Numbered from the stretch's first letter, positions 29,369 through 39,661 are shown. The stretch is 64,000 nucleotides of DNA from Parcubacteria group bacterium (GCA_016186325.1 JACPLW010000004.1:446-64445), one strand, 5' to 3'. Notes: generated from the letters alone by a model not told the origin. Program-made: numbers and translations.

Positions 29369-30136
29369 ATGTTTGAGCTAAAAAACAAAATCGCGTTAAT
29401 AACCGGCGCAAGAAGAGGGATGGGCAGAACCCACGCGCTCGCGTTGGCAGAGCAAGGGGCGAAAGTTGTGGTAACGGATGTTGACGCAAATGAGTGCCGG
29501 CCGGTTGCAGATGAAATAAAATCAAAAGGCGGCGAGGCAGTTTGTCTTAAAATGGATGTTTCAAATGCCGCCGAAGTTAATCAGGTTTTTGACGAAGTGA
29601 TAAAACATTTTGGCCGGCTTGATATTTTGGTAAATAACGCGGGAATTTACGCGCCAAAGGCGGCCTTAGAGATGACTGAAGAAGAATGGGATAAAACTAT
29701 TGATATAAATCTAAAAGGGGAATTTCTTTGCGCGCAAAGAGCCGCGAAAGAAATGGCCAAAAACAAATGGGGAAGAATCATCAACATTGCTTCTATTGCT
29801 TCAGGAGGATTAGGGATAGGTTTTGAGGGCGCGGCGCATTATGCGGCCTCTAAAGGAGGAATAATCGGCATGTCTGAAAGCATGGCCATAGAATGGGCGC
29901 CGCTGGGAATAAACGTTAATGTTATCGCTCCCGGCGCCATTGATACCCCGATGGTTCGAGAATCCGGCAAAGAATTAACCAAGGAAACGGCAGAAGAAAT
30001 TATACAGAATGTTCCTCTAAAGCGGATCGGCCGGCCGGAAGAAGTGTCGGCGATGGTGGTTTTTCTGGCCTCCGAAGAATCAAGCTATGTCACCGGCGCC
30101 ACATTTTATGTAGACGGCGGCTGGCTCGCTGCATAG
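29369..30136 (+). CDS. short-chain dehydrogenase/reductase (FabG-like)
   Basis: TGARRGMG, NNAG, YAASK. Confidence 0.92.
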   Translation: MFELKNKIALITGARRGMGRTHALALAEQGAKVVVTDVDANECRPVADEIKSKGGEAVCLKMDVSNAAEVNQVFDEVIKHFGRLDILVNNAGIYAPKAALEMTEEEWDKTIDINLKGEFLCAQRAAKEMAKNKWGRIINIASIASGGLGIGFEGAAHYAASKGGIIGMSESMAIEWAPLGINVNVIAPGAIDTPMVRESGKELTKETAEEIIQNVPLKRIGRPEEVSAMVVFLASEESSYVTGATFYVDGGWLAA

Positions 30137-30294
30137 TTTATGTTCTTGCTGTCGGCGTATTTTTTAACAACGAGATTTGACAGATAGTTAACTAAGCGTG
30201 GGGATTCCTTTTAATTATTATCTAAGTATGGTATCAAGGTAATATTGGGTTTTTATATAGAATCTTAACAAATTATCAACGAGGGGATTGACAC

Positions 30295-30912
30295 ATGAAT
30301 TTTAAAAAGCTCTTATATGTCCTGCCGCTCTTTTTAGCTATCGCAGTTTCTCCAAATATTTCTTTTGCCAATCATGAAAGCCCCACAGTTTTTGTAAAGA
30401 ACATGATTGACGAGTGTCTTGGTATTCTTAAATCGGATGAAAGCAAAGATATTCAAAAAGAAAAGATTTTAAATCTCATAAAAATCTCTTTTGATTTTTC
30501 AAGTATTACCGAAAACTTACTTACCGGGTTGAAAGTTAACGATAAAGATAAATCGGCGCTTGCCGATCTCTTCCCCCATCTTCTGGAGATGCGGTATGGC
30601 ATTTTTATAAAATCGGCAAATAATTTGTCCGTAGAATATATTGGCCATAAACTTTTCTTTTTTAACTTTGAAGCGGTTGTTCATACTCGTATGAAGATTT
30701 CTTCTCATGATATAGCCTTAGATTATAAATTGCATCATGTTGACGGAAAGTGGAAGATACGTGATCTTGAGGCAGATAGCGTTAGCCTGGTAGGTAATTA
30801 CAAAGCACAAATTAACAGAATTCTTACGCGAATGTCATTTCCGGATTTTATAAAATATCTTGAAGAAATAGTCGGCAAGAAAACAGATACTACAAACGGC
30901 CAACAATCTTAA
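30295..30912 (+). CDS. MlaC/Ttg2D-like exported lipid-binding protein
   Basis: Signal peptide, FDF, LDYKL…GKWKIRDL…[11 protein letters not shown]. Confidence 0.75.
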   Translation: MNFKKLLYVLPLFLAIAVSPNISFANHESPTVFVKNMIDECLGILKSDESKDIQKEKILNLIKISFDFSSITENLLTGLKVNDKDKSALADLFPHLLEMRYGIFIKSANNLSVEYIGHKLFFFNFEAVVHTRMKISSHDIALDYKLHHVDGKWKIRDLEADSVSLVGNYKAQINRILTRMSFPDFIKYLEEIVGKKTDTTNGQQS

Positions 30913-31001
30913 TGGCTGTTTGTATTCCGCCTTTACACTTTCACGACGGCCTATTAATCCCGCATTGCGGGATTTTATTTTTATGTTATTATTATAAAAC
31001 T

Positions 31002-31493
31002 ATGGCAAACAGGCACCTTTCACGATCAATTGCCCTTCAAACCCTTTACGAATGGGATTTTAATGGTTCTAAAGATTCTCATCTTGATGAAATTTTGGAG
31101 AGAAATATAGAAGAATTCGGGCCGGGCATTGAAGATGATAAATTTGTCAGGGATCTAATAAAGGGCGTTTTAGAAAATCGCGAAAAAATTGATGAAATTA
31201 TCGTTAAAACCGCGCCGGAGTGGCCCCTTGGACAGATCGGCTTGGTTGATAGAAATGTTTTACGGCTCGGGATTTATGAGCTTTTATTCGGCAAGCGCGA
31301 AGAAGTGCCTCCCAAAGTTGCTATTAATGAAGCAATTGAATTGGCCAAAAGTTTTGGCGGCGAAACATCGGGAAAATTTATAAACGGCGTATTGGGAACT
31401 ATATATAGAGCTATTGGCGAACCGGGCAAGGAAGAGGGCGGTCCGCGCCGCGGCAAAGAAAAATTAGATGAACAGAAAAATGATAAAGAATAA
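31002..31493 (+). CDS. nusB: transcription antitermination factor NusB
   Basis: [36 protein letters not shown]; true start 31002. Confidence 0.95.
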   Translation: MANRHLSRSIALQTLYEWDFNGSKDSHLDEILERNIEEFGPGIEDDKFVRDLIKGVLENREKIDEIIVKTAPEWPLGQIGLVDRNVLRLGIYELLFGKREEVPPKVAINEAIELAKSFGGETSGKFINGVLGTIYRAIGEPGKEEGGPRRGKEKLDEQKNDKE

Positions 31494-31700
31494 ATTATTT
31501 TCCGGTTTTTATAAAATTTAATATTTTTGTTTTCAAAGCGGGTTATGAGCCCGAGCGGGCATGGTTGCCGCCACAGGCGGCAGAGCGAGGGCGAATCCCT
31601 GAAGCAAGCACGCTGGGCGAGCGAGGAAAGCATGAAAATAAAGATATTAAATTTTTAATAAATTATTTATTATCATTTAAATATAATGTAATCATGTCAG

Positions 31701-32387
31701 ATGGATTTTAAAGATTTACAAAAAAATCTCGGAATAAAATTTAAAAATGAAAATCTGCTGAAGCAGGCTTTTATTCACCGTTCTTATTTAAACGAAAATC
31801 CCGCTTTTAGCTTGGGCCACAACGAAAGGCTTGAATTTTTAGGAGACGCTGTTTTAGAGCTCATTGTAACCGACTATCTTTACAAAAATTATCCGGACTT
31901 AGCGGAGGGCGAAATGACAAGTTTAAGAGCGGCTTTGGTAAATTCCCAAATGCTTTTGCAAATTTCGGATCGTTTAGGTTTTAACGATTACCTCTATCTT
32001 TCAAAGGGTGAAGCGAAAGAAATCAACCGGGGCCGGCAATATATATTAGCAAATACTTTCGAGGCTTTTATTGGCGCACTTTACTTGGATCAGGGTTACG
32101 AATCGGCAGAAAAATTCATTTTAAAAAATCTTATTCCGGAACTTAAAAACGTGATAGAAAAAAAGCTATGGCGTGACGCTAAAAGCTTGTTTCAGGAAGC
32201 GGCGCAAGAGCGAGTCGGCATTACCCCGACTTATGAAGTTTTAGAAACCACCGGCCCGGATCACGCTAAGAAATTTATAATCGGCGTATATCTTGAAAAA
32301 GAGTTGGTAGCTAGCGGTGAGGGCGCGTCTAAAAGTGAGGCCCAGCAACAAGCGGCGGAAAACGCTTTGAAAATAAAGAACTGGTAA
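31701..32387 (+). CDS. rnc: ribonuclease III
   Basis: NERLEFLGDAVL signature and C-terminal dsRBD. Confidence 0.97.
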   Translation: MDFKDLQKNLGIKFKNENLLKQAFIHRSYLNENPAFSLGHNERLEFLGDAVLELIVTDYLYKNYPDLAEGEMTSLRAALVNSQMLLQISDRLGFNDYLYLSKGEAKEINRGRQYILANTFEAFIGALYLDQGYESAEKFILKNLIPELKNVIEKKLWRDAKSLFQEAAQERVGITPTYEVLETTGPDHAKKFIIGVYLEKELVASGEGASKSEAQQQAAENALKIKNW

Positions 32388-32408
32388 AAGATCTTTTTGT
32401 TGAATTAA

Positions 32409-34571
32409 ATGAAGCTCAAAAAAATAGAAATTTCTGGGTTTAAATCGTTCGCTCATAAAACTGCTCTGGAGTTTCCGTTTAACATCAGCGCTATTGTCGG
32501 GCCAAATGGGTCGGGTAAGTCCAATATTGTTGACGCGATGAGATGGGTTTTGGGTGAACAAAGTTTTAAAAATTTGCGTTCAAAATCCGGCGCCGACTTG
32601 ATTTGGGCCGGGTCGGAAAAAAAATCTTCGCAAGGCAAGGCGAGTGTTAATTTATGTTTTGACAATAGCGATGGCTTTTTCCCGATTGATTTTGACGAGA
32701 TAACAATCGGCCGCAAAGTATATCGGGATGGTTTAAGCGAGTATTATCTGAATGACAGTCAGGTTCGCCTCAAAGATATTGCCGAGCTTTTGGCGCGTTC
32801 AAAACTCGGACTGCGCGGCCATTCTATAGTTAATCAAGGTTCGGCGGACGAAGTTTTGAAAGCCAACTCGCAGGAACGCTGCAGTATTTTGGAAGAAGCG
32901 CTCGGGTTAAGAGAGTTTCAGCTTAAAAAATTGGAAGCAGAAACAAAACTAGGCGAAACGCATTTGAATCTTGAGCAGACCGCCAACTTGATAAATGAAA
33001 TTTCGCCTCACTTAAAGTCGCTAAAGCGTCAGGTTGAAAAGTTTGAAAAACGCGAATCGCTTTTTAACGAATTGAATGGCTTAGAAGACCGCTATTTTTT
33101 GGCGAAAGTTTCTCAAATTTTTAGTGAAAGAGGAGAAAACGAAAAAGCAAAGGGAGAGTTGGCGCAAAAAATCATTTTAGCCCGGAAAAATTTTGAAGAA
33201 AAAGAAAAATTGTTTGAAGCGCAAATGGCGCAGATTTCTGGTATTGGAGACAAAACAAAGCATTTTGAGTCTGAATTAAACCGTTTAAACATTGATCGTC
33301 AGAACATTATGCGTGAATTTGGCAAGGTGGAGGGGTTTATTGAATCACACAAACGAGATAGCCAAAAAAATACAAAGACGCTAGAAGCAGTTTTGGCAAT
33401 TAAGATTAAATATTGGGCGAAAAGGCTCAATGCCGTTACAAGCCTTGCCGATCTTGCGGCTGTAAAAGAAACCGTTAAAAATCTTGCCGATGAACTTCAA
33501 ACATTAAGCAATTATTTTGAAAAGAACGAAATAAACCAAATTTTAGCAATGGCAGATTTGCCGGATTTTGCAGAAAAAAACGCTAGTCCTTATGAAAAGG
33601 AAAAAGAGGAGTTAAAACTTAAATTATCCCGCCTTGAAAGCGAAATGGAACAAGTAAAGACGTCAATTTCAAAAATCCGCCAAGGCGAAAACAACTTCAG
33701 GAGGACTTATCTTGATTTTCAGAAAGATCTTGAACTGGCGCGTCGAGAGTATATTGAAACAGAAGAGGCGATGAGGAAATTTGATCTTGAAGAAGAAAAA
33801 ATCAAACTTAGGGAAGCGGATATCAAATCGGAAATGTGGGGTTCGGGAAAAAATTACGAAAAATTTACCGTCAATTTTGCTACAATCGAACCTGTTATGT
33901 TGGAAACCGAGCTTCCAACAGAATTGGAAAATAAAATCGTTAAATTGAGGCGGGAAATAGCCGACATCGGAAATGTTGACGGGGAAACAATAAGAGAATA
34001 CGAAGAAACGAATGCGCGCCACGAATTTTTAACAACCGAAGTCGGCGATTTAAATATTGCCGTTGATTCCTTAAAATCATTGATTAAAGATTTAAGCGGC
34101 AGGATTAGTAATGATTTTAAAGTCGGCCTTGCCAAAATCAACGAAGAATTTAATCATTATTTTCGACTGATGTTTGGAGGCGGGTCGGCGCGCCTAACCG
34201 CTGATAATTTAGAAGGCGCTGAAACGGGTGTTTTTATAAATGTTAATGTTCCGCAAAAAAGAATTCGCGATTTAAATCTCCTTTCGGGAGGGGAGAGGGC
34301 GCTTGTCTCCATCGCCCTGCTTTTTGCTATTGTTGCCGCGAGCAAACCGCCGTTTTTAATTTTAGATGAAGTTGACGCGGCGTTAGATGAAAATAATGCC
34401 GTACGGTTCGCTAAAGTTCTTAAGGACTTGGCGCAAAAAACCCAATTTATTTTGATAACCCATAATCGCGCCACGATGGAAGCAGCCGAAGTACTTTATG
34501 GCATTACAATGGGCGATGACGGCGTTTCAAAAATGTTTTCGTTAAAACTCACCGACCCGATCCAGTCTTAA
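32409..34571 (+). CDS. smc: short SMC-family chromosome segregation ATPase
   Basis: GFKSF, GPNGSGKSN, LSGGE, LDEVDAALD; follows rnc; only 720 aa. Confidence 0.88.
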   Translation: MKLKKIEISGFKSFAHKTALEFPFNISAIVGPNGSGKSNIVDAMRWVLGEQSFKNLRSKSGADLIWAGSEKKSSQGKASVNLCFDNSDGFFPIDFDEITIGRKVYRDGLSEYYLNDSQVRLKDIAELLARSKLGLRGHSIVNQGSADEVLKANSQERCSILEEALGLREFQLKKLEAETKLGETHLNLEQTANLINEISPHLKSLKRQVEKFEKRESLFNELNGLEDRYFLAKVSQIFSERGENEKAKGELAQKIILARKNFEEKEKLFEAQMAQISGIGDKTKHFESELNRLNIDRQNIMREFGKVEGFIESHKRDSQKNTKTLEAVLAIKIKYWAKRLNAVTSLADLAAVKETVKNLADELQTLSNYFEKNEINQILAMADLPDFAEKNASPYEKEKEELKLKLSRLESEMEQVKTSISKIRQGENNFRRTYLDFQKDLELARREYIETEEAMRKFDLEEEKIKLREADIKSEMWGSGKNYEKFTVNFATIEPVMLETELPTELENKIVKLRREIADIGNVDGETIREYEETNARHEFLTTEVGDLNIAVDSLKSLIKDLSGRISNDFKVGLAKINEEFNHYFRLMFGGGSARLTADNLEGAETGVFINVNVPQKRIRDLNLLSGGERALVSIALLFAIVAASKPPFLILDEVDAALDENNAVRFAKVLKDLAQKTQFILITHNRATMEAAEVLYGITMGDDGVSKMFSLKLTDPIQS

Positions 34572-34578
34572 ACTTGCT

Positions 34579-34645
34579 ATTGACATTTTTATATTTTGAA
34601 ATCTAAAATACCACTTTTTATGATATATCATAAAAAGTGGTATTT
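34579..34645. repeat. promoter-like sequence plus perfect 40-bp palindrome; inverted partial copy at 37062..37119
   Basis: TTGACA-18-TAAAAT; aaataccactttttatgata/tatcataaaaagtggtattt. Confidence 0.85.
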
Positions 34646-34800
34646 GTTAAATCAATTAAAATTTTTTTAAAAAATTAACTGGTTTAACATGATTGTTGTA
34701 AATTAAGTCTTTTTATGATAAAATGCATCAAAGGATAAATTAATAATTCCGACGTAAAGTCGGAACTCCGATCGAAGCGTCGGAGTTAAACAATACACTT

Positions 34801-35421
34801 ATGTTTTGGAATATTATTTGGGGTTTTGTTATCATAGCGCTTATTTTAAGCGGCCTACTTAATGCGATTAATTGGCAGATAAATATCTGGCTGATTGTCG
34901 CTGTATTTATTATTTGGCTGATTACTTTGTATAACTCTCTGATTATGATGAGAAACCGGGTTCGCGAGGCATGGTCGGATATAGAGGTCCAATTAAAAAG
35001 ACGATATGATTTAATCCCGAATTTAGTTGAGACGGTAAAAGGTTATATGGCTCATGAGAGCGGGGTTTTTGAAAAAGTAACCGAGGCGCGAACAAGAGCC
35101 ATGGGGGCAGGTACGAAAGAAGAAAAACTTGGCGCCGAAAATATTTTATCGGGCACTTTGAAAACTCTTTTCGCGGTTTCGGAAAATTATCCCGATCTTA
35201 AAGCCAACGCTAATTTTTTGGATTTACAGCGTGAACTGGCTGATACAGAAAATAAAATCCAAGCGGCGCGCCGATTCTATAACGGTAACGTAATGGATTA
35301 CAACACTAAAATTGAAGTTTTACCGACAAATTTAATTGCGAAGGCGTTCAACTTCAAAAAAGAAGAGTTTTTTGGCATCGAAAATGAATCGGAACGACAA
35401 CCGGTCAATGTAAAATTTTAA
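34801..35421 (+). CDS. lemA: LemA family protein
   Basis: AWSDIEVQLKRRYDLIPNLV, ENYPDLKA, ARRFYN. Confidence 0.95.
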   Translation: MFWNIIWGFVIIALILSGLLNAINWQINIWLIVAVFIIWLITLYNSLIMMRNRVREAWSDIEVQLKRRYDLIPNLVETVKGYMAHESGVFEKVTEARTRAMGAGTKEEKLGAENILSGTLKTLFAVSENYPDLKANANFLDLQRELADTENKIQAARRFYNGNVMDYNTKIEVLPTNLIAKAFNFKKEEFFGIENESERQPVNVKF

Positions 35422-36330
35422 ATGGCGACTATTTATAATCATAGAGACTCCAATATCAGAAAGACCTGGTTGCTGGTAACACTATTTTTAGTTGTCGTTA
35501 TTGGAATTGGATGGGGGTTTGCCCAAATTTACGGTAATCCCGGCATTCTTTATGTCGCGGTCATTTTCAGCATCTTGATGAATATCGCGGCTTATTGGTG
35601 GTCTGATAAAATTGTTCTTAAAATGGCCGGTGCCAAGCCGGTTACAAGAGAGAACGCGCGCGAGCTTTACAACATTGTTGAAAACTTGTCTATTACCGCG
35701 GGCTTGCCGGTTCCCAAAATCTACATCATTCCCGAAAGACAGCCAAATGCTTTTGCGACCGGAAGGAATCCGAAGCACGCAGTCGTGGCCGTAACCGAAG
35801 GATTATTGGAGCGGCTGGATAGGAGCGAGCTTGAGGGTGTATTGGCCCACGAGCTTTCGCATATCGGAAATTACGATATGCTTTTGTCTACGGCGGTCGT
35901 AGTTTTAGTCGGTTTTATTTCCATTCTTTCCGATATGTTTTTACGTTCAATGTTTTGGGGCGGAAGAGGCCGTGACGATAGAGGCAGCGGGCAGGCGCAA
36001 GCAATTATTATGATTGCCGGGGCCGCAGCTGCGGTCTTAGCGCCAATTGCCGCGACTTTGATGCATCTTGCAATTTCCCGAAAACGCGAGTTTTTAGCGG
36101 ACGCTTCGGGCGCTCTTTTAACGCGATACCCCGAAGGACTAGCGAATGCGCTTCTAAAAATTTCTAAAGACCCATCGCCTTTACGGAAAGCTTCAAATAC
36201 CACTGCCCATCTTTGGTTTGAAGATCCGTTTGATAAACCCGGCAAAAAAACATTATGGCTTCACAAATTGTTTATGAGCCACCCGCCGGTAGAGGATAGG
36301 TTAAGGGCATTAAGGAATTTAAAAGTATAG
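35422..36330 (+). CDS. htpX: HtpX-like M48 zinc metalloprotease
   Basis: PNAFATG, HELSH, SRKREFLAD, SHPP. Confidence 0.95.
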   Translation: MATIYNHRDSNIRKTWLLVTLFLVVVIGIGWGFAQIYGNPGILYVAVIFSILMNIAAYWWSDKIVLKMAGAKPVTRENARELYNIVENLSITAGLPVPKIYIIPERQPNAFATGRNPKHAVVAVTEGLLERLDRSELEGVLAHELSHIGNYDMLLSTAVVVLVGFISILSDMFLRSMFWGGRGRDDRGSGQAQAIIMIAGAAAAVLAPIAATLMHLAISRKREFLADASGALLTRYPEGLANALLKISKDPSPLRKASNTTAHLWFEDPFDKPGKKTLWLHKLFMSHPPVEDRLRALRNLKV

Positions 36331-36341
36331 CTTGAAATTTT

Positions 36342-36890
36342 ATGCAGAGAGTTTCTAAAAAAGCAGTCTGGATGTGGTTTGCCGAGTTTTTAGCAAAACC
36401 GATTGCTTTAGCGATTTTGGTTTTTTGGTTTATTTCCGGCGCCGCCTTTTTATATCTATCGCCCCAATCTCCGTTAGAGAATAAATTTCTATTGGGACAG
36501 GATTTAGATAAAATCTATAAAATCGGAGTGATTTTTGATAAATGGCTTTTTTTGGGCTTTTCTGTTGGTTTAGTATTCTTGATTCTTTCAGCCGTCAGCA
36601 ATGCTTTTTATAAATATTGGTCTATAAGTTATGAACCGGAGGAGTTGGCCCTTAAAATTGTAAAAGGTGTTTATAAAAAAGAAGAGACGTTTATTCCATA
36701 TAAGAATGTAGAAAGCATTGACATTAGAGTCGGTTCGGCCGAAAGATTTTTTGGGCTTTCAAGTTTATTGATTTTTACTTCCGGGGTCGGCGATAAAAAT
36801 AACCCTGGATTGGCGGAAGGATATATAGAAGGATTAAATTACAACAACGCGGTAGTGCTTAAAAATAAACTTTTGGAAAAGATTAAATAA
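36342..36890 (+). CDS. membrane protein with bacterial PH (bPH_2-like) domain
   Basis: Two TM then IPYKNVESIDI…ERFFGLSSL. Confidence 0.75.
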   Translation: MQRVSKKAVWMWFAEFLAKPIALAILVFWFISGAAFLYLSPQSPLENKFLLGQDLDKIYKIGVIFDKWLFLGFSVGLVFLILSAVSNAFYKYWSISYEPEELALKIVKGVYKKEETFIPYKNVESIDIRVGSAERFFGLSSLLIFTSGVGDKNNPGLAEGYIEGLNYNNAVVLKNKLLEKIK

Positions 36891-36895
36891 GGAAT

Positions 36896-36980
36896 GGAGG
36901 GTTCGCATAGTGGTCTAGTGCGCCTGCTTGGAAAGCAGGTTTACCGCAAGGTATCACAGGTTCGAATCCTGTACCCTCCG
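36896..36980 (+). tRNA. tRNA-Ser (anticodon GGA)
   Basis: GGAGGGT acceptor, CCTGC-TTGGAAA-GCAGG anticodon arm, long variable arm, GTTCGAATC; CCA not encoded. Confidence 0.95.
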
Positions 36981-37061
36981 CAGTGTTGAGCATCGGTTCA
37001 AGAGACTGATACTTTCAGAACTTAATGGAGATTTAAATAAAATTTATTAAAAATTATCATA

Positions 37062-37119
37062 TTTTATGATATATCATAAAAAAGTGGTATTTTAGATTTC
37101 AAAATATAAAAATGTCAAT
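37062..37119 (-). repeat. inverted copy of 34579..34635
   Basis: Reverse complement identical except one extra A in an A-run. Confidence 0.9.
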
Positions 37120-37190
37120 CAGGATAATTTTAGACCCGTGCGGGTCTTTTTGTTTGGTATTATGAAGCATATGATATATAATAGTATTAT

Positions 37191-38453
37191 ATGCCGACAC
37201 TTTTAGAATTTCGAAATTTTAATCGGATAAATACAAAAGATTATGAACAGTTCGATTCTAAACTGCGCGCTAAATTAATTAGCGCGGCAAAAAAAAGCAA
37301 AAATAAAAAAGTGTTACATATCAACGCCACGCCTTTTGGAGGGGGCGTAGCCGAAATGTTGCGATCCCAGATTCCTTTTGAAAGAATGCTGGGCATAAAG
37401 TCGCATTGGCTTACAATAAAGGCGCCGATTAAATTTTTCCGAATAACTAAAAAAATTCATAATTTTATTCAGGGCAAATCCGATACGCTAACAGAAAAAG
37501 AAAAATCTTTGTATATTTCGGTAAATCGGGAGCTCCAAAAATCACTGGCGTATTTTATAGAAAAATATAAGCCGACTTCAATAGTAATTCACGACCCCCA
37601 GCCGCTGCCTCTGGTAAATTTTATCCCAAAACAAATCCATAAAATTCTACGGTTACATATAGATCTCTCAACACCTAACCCCGCGATATTGGAATTTTTA
37701 AAGCAATTTATAGTTTCATACGATAAGATTGTTTTAAGCAATAAGATATACCGTTTGGCGATGCCATGGCTAAAACTATCCAAAATCGCTGTAATAATGC
37801 CCGCTATTGACCCACTATCAGTTAAAAACCGGTCAATGAACTCGGAAACTGCGCGACTTATTATAAACGAATTCGGCATAAACCACACCAAGCCATTAAT
37901 TACCCAAGTCTCCAGATTTGACCCTTGGAAAGACCCGCTTGGTGTGATCAAAGCGTATTACTTGGCAAAAAACAAAATACCGGATATTCAGTTGGCAATG
38001 GCAGGATTTTTTTTCGCCCAAGATGATCCGGAAGCAAAAGAAATTTTTAAAATAGTTAAGAAAAATGATAGGGGCGATCGTGATATTTTCTTGTTTTCTA
38101 ATCCCAAAAAGCTTCTGGGCATTTCAAATGACACTTTAATAAACGCACTTTACACAGCAAGCGATCTGGTGATTCAAAAAAGCATTCGTGAAGGTTTTGG
38201 CCTCACAATGACCGAAGCCATGTGGAAGGGCAGGGCGGTTGTTGCCGGTAAAACTACCGGAGCACTGGTTCAAATTAAAGACGGAAAAAATGGAATTTTG
38301 GTAAATTCGTCAGAAGAAGCGGCCGAGGCCATAGTCCGATTGATGAAAAACGAAAAATCGCGGGAAAAATTGGGGAAAGCGGCCCATCAATCGGTTAAAC
38401 GCCGATTTCTATTGCCTCACTACGTATTGAACAACATAAAATTATATAATTAA
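37191..38453 (+). CDS. GT4 glycosyltransferase, trehalose synthase TreT-like
   Basis: HINAT..GGGVAE, HDPQP, QVSRFDPWKD, QKSIREGFGL. Confidence 0.85.
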   Translation: MPTLLEFRNFNRINTKDYEQFDSKLRAKLISAAKKSKNKKVLHINATPFGGGVAEMLRSQIPFERMLGIKSHWLTIKAPIKFFRITKKIHNFIQGKSDTLTEKEKSLYISVNRELQKSLAYFIEKYKPTSIVIHDPQPLPLVNFIPKQIHKILRLHIDLSTPNPAILEFLKQFIVSYDKIVLSNKIYRLAMPWLKLSKIAVIMPAIDPLSVKNRSMNSETARLIINEFGINHTKPLITQVSRFDPWKDPLGVIKAYYLAKNKIPDIQLAMAGFFFAQDDPEAKEIFKIVKKNDRGDRDIFLFSNPKKLLGISNDTLINALYTASDLVIQKSIREGFGLTMTEAMWKGRAVVAGKTTGALVQIKDGKNGILVNSSEEAAEAIVRLMKNEKSREKLGKAAHQSVKRRFLLPHYVLNNIKLYN

Positions 38454-38489
38454 AAATCTCTTGTTTAAAAACAAGAGATTTTTAATTAT
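38446..38489. terminator. 21-bp-stem AT-rich inverted repeat between convergent genes
   Basis: ataattaaaaatctcttgttt-aa-aaacaagagatttttaattat. Confidence 0.6.
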
Positions 38490-38503
38490 CTGTGATCATA
38501 AGG

Positions 38504-38608
38504 TTAGGCGGTAGCTTCCTCTTTTTCTTCAGTCATTTCAACATTACATGTAGGACAGTTCCCTGGCTGGTCTGAAGTATGACCACATTTGGGGCATTTA
38601 TAAGCCAT
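38504..38608 (-). CDS. 34-aa double-CxxC metal-binding mini-protein
   Basis: MAYKCPKCGHTSDQPGNCPTCNVEMTEEKEEATA, hand-translated. Confidence 0.7.
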   Translation of the reverse strand: MAYKCPKCGHTSDQPGNCPTCNVEMTEEKEEATA

Positions 38609-38696
38609 GGTTTTTTGCTGATTATATTTTTAAAATTGGCGTGACGACTTGCGACTATTGCCGTCCATAAAAGCATAAACGATAATGCAACCTTGG

Positions 38697-39641
38697 TCAA
38701 GCCGCAGTAATGTAGAGGTAGAGAATATAAATTGCATAAAGAAAAAACAAAGTAAGTCCCTGCCATCTTTTTAACACATATAACTTGCCGATAAACATAA
38801 AACTGTAAAGCAATATGGAGGCCAAAAATGTCATGGCGATATCTATTGAGAATCCTGGAGATATAAAAACAGGGCGTATTATTGCTGCTACGCCAAGAAT
38901 CATAAGAAAATCAAAAATGTTTGAACCTATGATGTTGCCTATGGCAATACCCGGGCGGCCGCGATACGCCGCAGTAAAGGTAACTGCAAGTTCCGGTAGC
39001 GAGGTGCCGATTCCGATAATAGTGAGTCCGATGAGCGATTCGCCGACACCGAACGCCTGCGCCATTACCATTGCGCCATCAATAACCCACTTTCCGCCCA
39101 AAACCGTTCCCGCGATACCTGCGAGTATGAGACCTAGCGCCAACGGAAACGCAACAATTCTGGCCGGTTTTTCATCTTCGGCAGCATGATTCGTTTTTTT
39201 AATTATTACAAAAAGCCACCAAAGAAAAAGGCCGATTAGAGCGCCTCCTTCAAATCGCGAAATCTCGCCTTTACCGAGAAAAAACGCAAAAAAAGCCGCT
39301 GTCGCAATCGCGGTCATGTTCCACCTAAGGTCGCGCTTGACCCATTCCTGTTTGAAAGGGAGTGTAAAGGCAAGCGCGGTGATGCCAAGAATAAAAAGGA
39401 TATTAAACGTATTGCTTCCAATAATGGTTCCAAGACCGATATTGCCCGCGCCGGTAATATGATCAACTAAGGTAATCGCGAACTCGGGAATTGAAGTCCC
39501 GATGCCGACTATAACAAGTCCAATAACAAAACTTGGAACACTGAAAAATTTCGCGATAGATGAAGCGCCGTTCACTAAAAAGTTTGCCCCTTTAATGAGG
39601 ATATAAAATCCGATGAAAAAGAGAAAAATGGTAAAAGCCAT
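38697..39641 (-). CDS. Ca2+/Na+ antiporter (CaCA, YrbG-like)
   Basis: Two alpha repeats GTSIPE/GTSLPE and GSNTFN/GSNIFD. Confidence 0.92.
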   Translation of the reverse strand: MAFTIFLFFIGFYILIKGANFLVNGASSIAKFFSVPSFVIGLVIVGIGTSIPEFAITLVDHITGAGNIGLGTIIGSNTFNILFILGITALAFTLPFKQEWVKRDLRWNMTAIATAAFFAFFLGKGEISRFEGGALIGLFLWWLFVIIKKTNHAAEDEKPARIVAFPLALGLILAGIAGTVLGGKWVIDGAMVMAQAFGVGESLIGLTIIGIGTSLPELAVTFTAAYRGRPGIAIGNIIGSNIFDFLMILGVAAIIRPVFISPGFSIDIAMTFLASILLYSFMFIGKLYVLKRWQGLTLFFLYAIYILYLYITAA

Positions 39642-39661
39642 GTTAAATGAGTTTCTTTACT

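Noticed and set aside
30912-31001. N-terminal extension of NusB in the ORF track
   Set aside because: Region contains a terminator-like hairpin (aatcccgcattgcgggatt); homology begins at MANRH (31002).
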